Virus record (IMG/VR): IMGVR_UViG_3300022242_000023
Span: 22,304-86,303 of that record
DNA from: a virus
Lineage: Duplodnaviria > Caudoviricetes
Strand: one strand, 5' to 3'
DNA: 64,000 nucleotides
The position numbers and the translations under genes are program-made. Below, one piece after another: positions 58,962-64,000 of this stretch; position 1 is the stretch's first letter, and each line of letters opens with the position of its first letter. The notes beneath the pieces were generated by a model, which searched no databases, was not told the DNA's origin, and was given only the letters and a program-made list of their open reading frames with translations.

Positions 58962-59303
58962 TTAAGGCTTGTTTAAAACAGATCTTAATATCCATCCATC
59001 TTCAGTATGATATGAACAAAAGATTACTGCATCATTTAAAAATAATATTCCTTTTTCATCAGCGCAAGCTGGTAAAGGAAATCTATCATTAAGGTTTAAT
59101 TCTTCTTGTGTCAAGTTTTGAGTATTACCATTCTCGTCTATGTAATAGTAAGATATGGTTGCTTCTCTATAATGAGGTTGTACTTTACACTCACATGAGC
59201 ATGGAGAATTTTTTTCTAATGCAATTATTCTTTTTAACAAATCTGCTATGTCTAACACAATTTGTCTAATTGCATCTTGTAATCTTTTAATTTCTTCCCA
59301 CAT
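58962..59303 (-). CDS. Hypothetical protein with N-terminal coiled coil
   Basis: EEIKRLQDAIRQIVLDIADLLKRIIALEK heptad pattern. Confidence 0.55.
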   Translation of the reverse strand: MWEEIKRLQDAIRQIVLDIADLLKRIIALEKNSPCSCECKVQPHYREATISYYYIDENGNTQNLTQEELNLNDRFPLPACADEKGILFLNDAVIFCSYHTEDGWILRSVLNKP

Positions 59304-60611
59304 TTATTTAATATATTTTCTATCTGTTAATTTTTCTCCACACCACTTATCGTTATATCTTCCTTTAAGTGCTATGAACTGTCCAGAGATAATTGGTATA
59401 TGAGGATTTTCCCACCAGTACTCAACTAATCTTCTAATCTGGAATGCACCTTTATACTGAGGTCTAATAAATCTTGCAAAGTTTTCATTAGTATAATAAC
59501 TAAAACTATGCATGTTATAAAACTTTTTATGAGTAGGATCTGCAATTGCACCTCCTCCATCTATACAATTCATTGAAGGAACTTCAAATATTAAAAATCC
59601 ACCAGGAGCTAATACTCTATAAGCTTCATTAAAAAAGTGAATAGGGTTTTCCAAATGCTCTAATAAATGATAAGCTCTAATTACACCTACACTATTTTCT
59701 GCAAAAGACCATTGCTTTTCAAGATCCATTATATAATCAGCATCAAGAAGATCTACAGAGGAATATCCTTTAGGACAATTAAACCTTCCACCTAAATCTA
59801 TAGTTAAAAGATTATTATCTTTTGACCACTTTAAATACATCTCTTCTGAATGCTTTACATAATTCTTATCTACTTGGGTTTGAATATCAGCATTTCTACC
59901 ATTCTTTCCACAAGTATTATTATCATGAACTCTATAAAGATATATGCATTCGTTTAAATGCTTAAAACCCTTCTCACCATATTCTTTATAAAATCTACAT
60001 ACTAAATCATGATCATCCCCAACTTCTATAGATTTGTCATAACCTCCTATGTAATTATAAGCATCTTTTTTAAAAGCTCTAATATGGTTTGCAGCCCATT
60101 CTATTCTTGCATGATATTGAGGAGTATTTGGAAATCCAATTAATTCTGATAACTCAGTCTGTAATTGATTAGAATAATAAGGTCTTGTTTTCCACCCAAA
60201 ATAAGCAGAATATATAGGACTTGTTATATTACCATTTTCAATTTTAAACTGAGCGCTGTTACTATATACAAATACAGTATCAGAATTTTCAAATTCTTTT
60301 GATAACTTTTCAATAGCATCTTCAGTGAGCATGTCATCATAATCTAATTCTGCACAAATACCTTCAGTAATTAAATCACAACAAATACCTTTTAGAGTTC
60401 CTATGTTATTAGTTACATTTGTAGAATGAATCTTTATCCATTCTAAATTAAATCCATTATTTTTTAAATATTCTTTTTGATTAGCAGCTTCTCCATTTAA
60501 AAGAATTAACCATTCAAAATTTTTATTAGTTTGATTTTTTAAACTTATTAAACAATCATTTAACCAATCATTTATTTTATGTACAGGAGTATATAAAGTT
60601 ATTTTATTCAT
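59304..60611 (-). CDS. GT2-family glycosyltransferase fused to class I SAM methyltransferase
   Basis: N-terminal LYTPVH..SLKNQT..FEW, DxD-type LDYDD, GDDHDL; C-terminal IDLGG, HLLEHL, RVLAPGG. Confidence 0.8.
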   Translation of the reverse strand: MNKITLYTPVHKINDWLNDCLISLKNQTNKNFEWLILLNGEAANQKEYLKNNGFNLEWIKIHSTNVTNNIGTLKGICCDLITEGICAELDYDDMLTEDAIEKLSKEFENSDTVFVYSNSAQFKIENGNITSPIYSAYFGWKTRPYYSNQLQTELSELIGFPNTPQYHARIEWAANHIRAFKKDAYNYIGGYDKSIEVGDDHDLVCRFYKEYGEKGFKHLNECIYLYRVHDNNTCGKNGRNADIQTQVDKNYVKHSEEMYLKWSKDNNLLTIDLGGRFNCPKGYSSVDLLDADYIMDLEKQWSFAENSVGVIRAYHLLEHLENPIHFFNEAYRVLAPGGFLIFEVPSMNCIDGGGAIADPTHKKFYNMHSFSYYTNENFARFIRPQYKGAFQIRRLVEYWWENPHIPIISGQFIALKGRYNDKWCGEKLTDRKYIK

Positions 60612-60616
60612 ATTTA

Positions 60617-61180
60617 CTATTTACTTGTAAAGAAAAAAAGTTGAACTAATCTAGGATTTTCTGTATAAAGACTAGCAGAATGTATCATCTTAGCATCCCA
60701 AATTACTAGTCTATTATATACTCCTCCAACTTTATCTACAAGTTCCCAATTATCTGGGTGAGTAATATTATATTCTGAATATACTTCTTGTAATTGGATA
60801 TCAGAAGCTGGAGGTCTTCTGTTACCATATTTTTTATCTTTCCAAAAAGATGTACCCATTTGATCACCATCTTTTGTAAGGTACACTGCTGCAGCATACT
60901 CTTGAGTATCACTGTGATAAACTAAAGGGTTATTCTTATCAGTGATTTGGAAACAACCATTATAAGGTTGATTTAACCAATCAATAATTTGAACACCTAA
61001 TAGTCTTTCAAATTCTTCTTTTACATAAGGGAATAAGTGTCTCTCTTTAGATCTTAAACCTTTGTAATGATTATTATTTTCTACAAACTCTTGTGAATTT
61101 GCATACCTAACAACTTCATCTGGATCTTTATAAAAATCATCGACTACTACAATGTTAGGTTTTTTACTGTTAAAATTCAT
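60617..61180 (-). CDS. 2OG-Fe(II) oxygenase (DUF6445-like)
   Basis: VVVDDFY.DP, HxD (YHSD), AAVYL, GTSFW, NRLVIW, second His (HSA), RLVQLFF. Confidence 0.8.
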   Translation of the reverse strand: MNFNSKKPNIVVVDDFYKDPDEVVRYANSQEFVENNNHYKGLRSKERHLFPYVKEEFERLLGVQIIDWLNQPYNGCFQITDKNNPLVYHSDTQEYAAAVYLTKDGDQMGTSFWKDKKYGNRRPPASDIQLQEVYSEYNITHPDNWELVDKVGGVYNRLVIWDAKMIHSASLYTENPRLVQLFFFTSK

Positions 61181-61227
61181 AAATTTAATTTTAGGTTAAA
61201 AAATTGGGTGTTCCCTAATATTAAATT

Positions 61228-62028
61228 TTAATGAAAAAAATTAAAAAATGCATCAGGAACAATTATAGATTCTCCAAGAGTTCCTAATTTTGATTTTTGA
61301 GCTATATTTAAATTTGGGTCTGCTAACAATTTTGCTTCAGCAGAAGACAATGCTCTATTATACATTCTGAAATCATCCAAAATTACATTAGGAGCATAAC
61401 CTACTAAATAATCTGCATACCATAATCCAAATGCAAATCCAACACCTCCACTATTAAAACTAGTTGCACCATGTCCTGTGGTAGTTGCATCTAAGTTTCC
61501 ATTCATGTACCAATATATAGAACCACCATCTCTTATAATAGTCCAATGGCTCCAATCTTTAAAAGGTAATGTTGTAGTAGCTCTACTAGTATCATTTCCG
61601 TTTAAATAAATTCTTAAATTATCTTGTCCTGAAAATTGACTTATAGTATAACCTCCTTGACCAAATTGCGTAACAGTTCCTATTATACCTTCAGCTCCAG
61701 CAGGGGCTCCTGATTTATTATTATATAACCAAAAACTAAAACTAAAATTTCCAGTACCAAAATCAAATCTACTATTAGGATTAATGTATGCGGCATTTTC
61801 TACTACACCTTCAAACTTTATAGCAGATCTTGTATTTTTAAAACCATTACTAGCAACAGGAGATGCTGTAGAAACATTAAAAGTAGCATGAAGATTATTA
61901 CCTGAAGAATCAATTAATGTTTTACCCATGTGACCTTTGCACATATGTAAAATTAAACCATTCTTAAGTCTTGAATCTAATTCCTCATCACTGAAATTTT
62001 TTATATTCCGTCTTCTATGTAAGAACAT
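61228..62028 (-). CDS. LamG/concanavalin-like domain protein
   Basis: DSSGNNLHA, FSFSFW, WSHW, YMNG, LDDFRMYNRALS. Confidence 0.85.
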   Translation of the reverse strand: MFLHRRRNIKNFSDEELDSRLKNGLILHMCKGHMGKTLIDSSGNNLHATFNVSTASPVASNGFKNTRSAIKFEGVVENAAYINPNSRFDFGTGNFSFSFWLYNNKSGAPAGAEGIIGTVTQFGQGGYTISQFSGQDNLRIYLNGNDTSRATTTLPFKDWSHWTIIRDGGSIYWYMNGNLDATTTGHGATSFNSGGVGFAFGLWYADYLVGYAPNVILDDFRMYNRALSSAEAKLLADPNLNIAQKSKLGTLGESIIVPDAFFNFFH

Positions 62029-62528
62029 TAGATTATTGTTTCATATACAGGAGTTACGTATAAAGCATGATTAGATCCAGTAGAGTTTAAATTTACTCCA
62101 GTATTATGCGTTACATAAACTACAAACTTTTTAGGTACAACTCCCCCAAATAAAGATGCAACAGATATTGGTCCAAACCAATATTGCACATTACTAGTAT
62201 TGTTAGTTGCTATAATAGCTGCTAATTTTGCAGTAGCATCACGTATTTGGATATTAGTAAAAGTTTCATCACTATCTGTACCATCAAAAACATCTGGAAA
62301 AGTGCTATCTTCTATTAGTCCTATTACATATATTCTAATTTCTTTGGCATCTGTAGGAGAAGTTCCAGTAGCTATTTTACCAGCTAATAAATAATCTATA
62401 TAAAGATTTGTTGTATTATCTACTGCAGTACTTTCTCTTCCTGCTACAAAAGTAGAAGATGTAGCTAAACTTGCTAAAGTAATAGTTAAAGCACTACTTG
62501 ATCCATATGCTAATTTTACACTACTCAT
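62028..62528 (-). CDS. Putative structural protein (beta-rich)
   Basis: 166-aa T/A/S-rich ORF in the fibre cluster. Confidence 0.55.
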   Translation of the reverse strand: MSSVKLAYGSSSALTITLASLATSSTFVAGRESTAVDNTTNLYIDYLLAGKIATGTSPTDAKEIRIYVIGLIEDSTFPDVFDGTDSDETFTNIQIRDATAKLAAIIATNNTSNVQYWFGPISVASLFGGVVPKKFVVYVTHNTGVNLNSTGSNHALYVTPVYETII

Positions 62529-62785
62529 ATTTGTTCAGTTACTTGTAATTCTGTTAGTATTAATTGTTTTATTTCTGCTTCTACTAAAGCAAGTTTATTT
62601 AAAACTGCGTTGTTCAAAGGTACTTGCCCAGAAGCATTTGAGTTAGATCCAAATACTGTAAAACTAATATATGCATTAGGATTATCTTCTCCTAATTCAT
62701 AATTAACAAGTTTAAAGTTAACTCTGGTTATATTATTTTTGAATTTTAATCTAACTCTATCTATTGGTACAATATTTATTTCCAT
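62525..62785 (-). CDS. Hypothetical protein (possible fibre chaperone)
   Basis: 86-aa ORF directly after the collagen-like gene. Confidence 0.5.
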   Translation of the reverse strand: MEINIVPIDRVRLKFKNNITRVNFKLVNYELGEDNPNAYISFTVFGSNSNASGQVPLNNAVLNKLALVEAEIKQLILTELQVTEQI

Positions 62786-62788
62786 AAT

Positions 62789-63250
62789 TTAAGTTTCAAC
62801 TGCATAAGCTATTAATTGCCATTTATTTAAACTATTATCTGTATTATACATAAATCCTAAGTGCATTATTTTTCCTGCAACAGTTGTAGTAGGTAAAGAT
62901 ATACCCCCTGGACTATATGCTGCATTGAAAGCTAATGTTTGAGCGCCTCCATTATCTTTAATCCTTATTATTAATTTTTGACCATTTACGGGTGTTCCTG
63001 TTGGTGCTCCAAAAGTTGCTCCTACAGCTAATGCTGTTAAATTATATAAATCTGTAGTATCTGCATTAGGAGTTGGTGCAGCAGTACTTGTTGTACCATT
63101 AACTCTAGGTGCAGATATATTTGTTGATCCTTGACTCCCCTGATTACCTTGTGTACCCTGGAACCCCTGTGCTCCTTGGTTACCCTGAAAGCCTTGCGCC
63201 CCCTGAGCTCCTTGGAAACCCTGTAAGAAATCAATTATATCTTTAGCCAC
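62789..63250 (-). CDS. Short fibre protein with collagen-like (G-X-Q) repeat
   Basis: QGFQGAQGAQGFQGNQGAQGFQGTQGNQGSQG near the N-terminus; GTG start. Confidence 0.7.
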   Translation of the reverse strand: MAKDIIDFLQGFQGAQGAQGFQGNQGAQGFQGTQGNQGSQGSTNISAPRVNGTTSTAAPTPNADTTDLYNLTALAVGATFGAPTGTPVNGQKLIIRIKDNGGAQTLAFNAAYSPGGISLPTTTVAGKIMHLGFMYNTDNSLNKWQLIAYAVET

Positions 63251-63253
63251 TTT

Positions 63254-64000
63254 TTAATATATCATTATCCTATGTAAAACTGTCAATGTGTTCCCTAAAG
63301 AGTATAACCACTTTACATTTTCAGATGCATCGTAATTCTTAACCCATATTTTTTGTCCTAATACAGCAGCGCCATCTGTATACATATTTGTATTAAATGG
63401 TTCCATTTGGTTCCCTACAATATCAAATCTAAAAAATCTATTAGTTGCGTCTTTCTTAATGTACAAATATTGCCCAGACTGAAAAGCAGAACTACCAGTA
63501 GTAAAAGTTTCTGTTCCAATGTATGTAACTGCTGCCCAAGAGCCAGCTCCTGCTGTTCCTCCTGCAATATCAAATCTATCAATCAACGCTCCTCCACCAC
63601 CTCTCATTGAATAAATATATCTACCATCTTGTATGTCATTTTCATTAGCCCATGTAGCATTGCCTGTTTCAGATACCCAATCTAAACACATACCTGTTGA
63701 TGGGGCTGCGCCTCTTGCGCTTGTTGGAGCAAGAGTAGACCATGTATTACCAGAAACAGAATACTTATACATAGTAACAGCGTTATTACCAGCTAAGTAC
63801 ATGTTATCTTCATTACTTTCAATTATATAAACAGAAGTAGAATCAGGTTGAGTAGTCCATCCAGAAACAGTTAAACTTGTTCCATTATTATCTGTTATAT
63901 TTCTTATTTGACCTATACCAGTGCCTGATACTATTCTAACTTGATAATTTATCCATTGATCTGCTGTCCAAGATTTACCAGAGTTTACAATTGTAGTAGC
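63254..64000 (-). CDS. Fibre/tail protein with kelch-like C-terminus (5' end outside window)
   Basis: Frame is open from 64000 to the track's Met at 63802 (ATTIVNSGKSWTADQW...); RGGGG/RFD propeller-like motifs. Confidence 0.65.
   Translation of the reverse strand, partial: ATTIVNSGKSWTADQWINYQVRIVSGTGIGQIRNITDNNGTSLTVSGWTTQPDSTSVYIIESNEDNMYLAGNNAVTMYKYSVSGNTWSTLAPTSARGAAPSTGMCLDWVSETGNATWANENDIQDGRYIYSMRGGGGALIDRFDIAGGTAGAGSWAAVTYIGTETFTTGSSAFQSGQYLYIKKDATNRFFRFDIVGNQMEPFNTNMYTDGAAVLGQKIWVKNYDASENVKWLYSLGNTLTVLHRIMIY

Noticed and set aside
402-63830. Numerous 60-120 aa antisense or alternate-frame ORFs in the track (e.g. 402-689, 31416-31694, 51656-52165, 57778-58119)
   Set aside because: They lie fully inside well-supported genes, lack motifs, and have the composition expected from reading the opposite strand.
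1-64000. Stop-codon reassignment (known in some crAss-like phages)
   Set aside because: Very long ORFs (up to 5438 aa) are intact in code 11, and TAA, TAG and TGA all end genes at sensible, coupled positions. The micro-ORFs change frame between members, so they are not one recoded long gene.
1-64000. tRNA, rRNA or other structured RNA genes
   Set aside because: Intergenic gaps are short and AT-rich; no cloverleaf or T-loop (GTTCRA) context was recognised.

Overview
This is a 64-kb, AT-rich segment of a lytic Bacteroidota-infecting dsDNA phage, most consistent with Crassvirales or a close relative. Capsid, portal, terminase and DNA polymerase genes are not in the window, so the assignment is by gene content only. 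There are two convergent blocks that meet with overlapping stop codons at 16111-16114. The + strand (1-16114) carries replication and nucleotide genes: DnaB-like helicase, an AAA ATPase with apparently swapped segments, putative SSB, primase, uracil-DNA glycosylase, a VWA-peptidase/MoxR pair, a resolvase-like nuclease, DUF5664 and an HNH protein. The - strand (16111 to beyond 64000) carries virion genes: large putative ejected proteins, tail/ring proteins, Cys-rich and collagen-like fibres, and an embedded glycosyltransferase-methyltransferase plus 2OG-oxygenase pair. One of the large proteins is 5438 aa, has the crAss-type RNA polymerase DFDID motif, and also carries lysozyme, PP2C-like, zincin, ART-like and macro-like domains. 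The standout is 11400-15790, which looks nearly empty in the supplied ORF track. Manual translation shows a head-to-tail array of 29 micro-ORFs (38-72 aa, 18 of 28 junctions overlapping). Most start MK-hydrophobic-x-hydrophobic, and 26 of 29 share a C-terminal hydrophobic-x-x-[ILVA]-E-x-x-hydrophobic motif, pointing to a highly diversified paralogous microprotein repertoire. All functional calls come from motif recognition; no searches were run.
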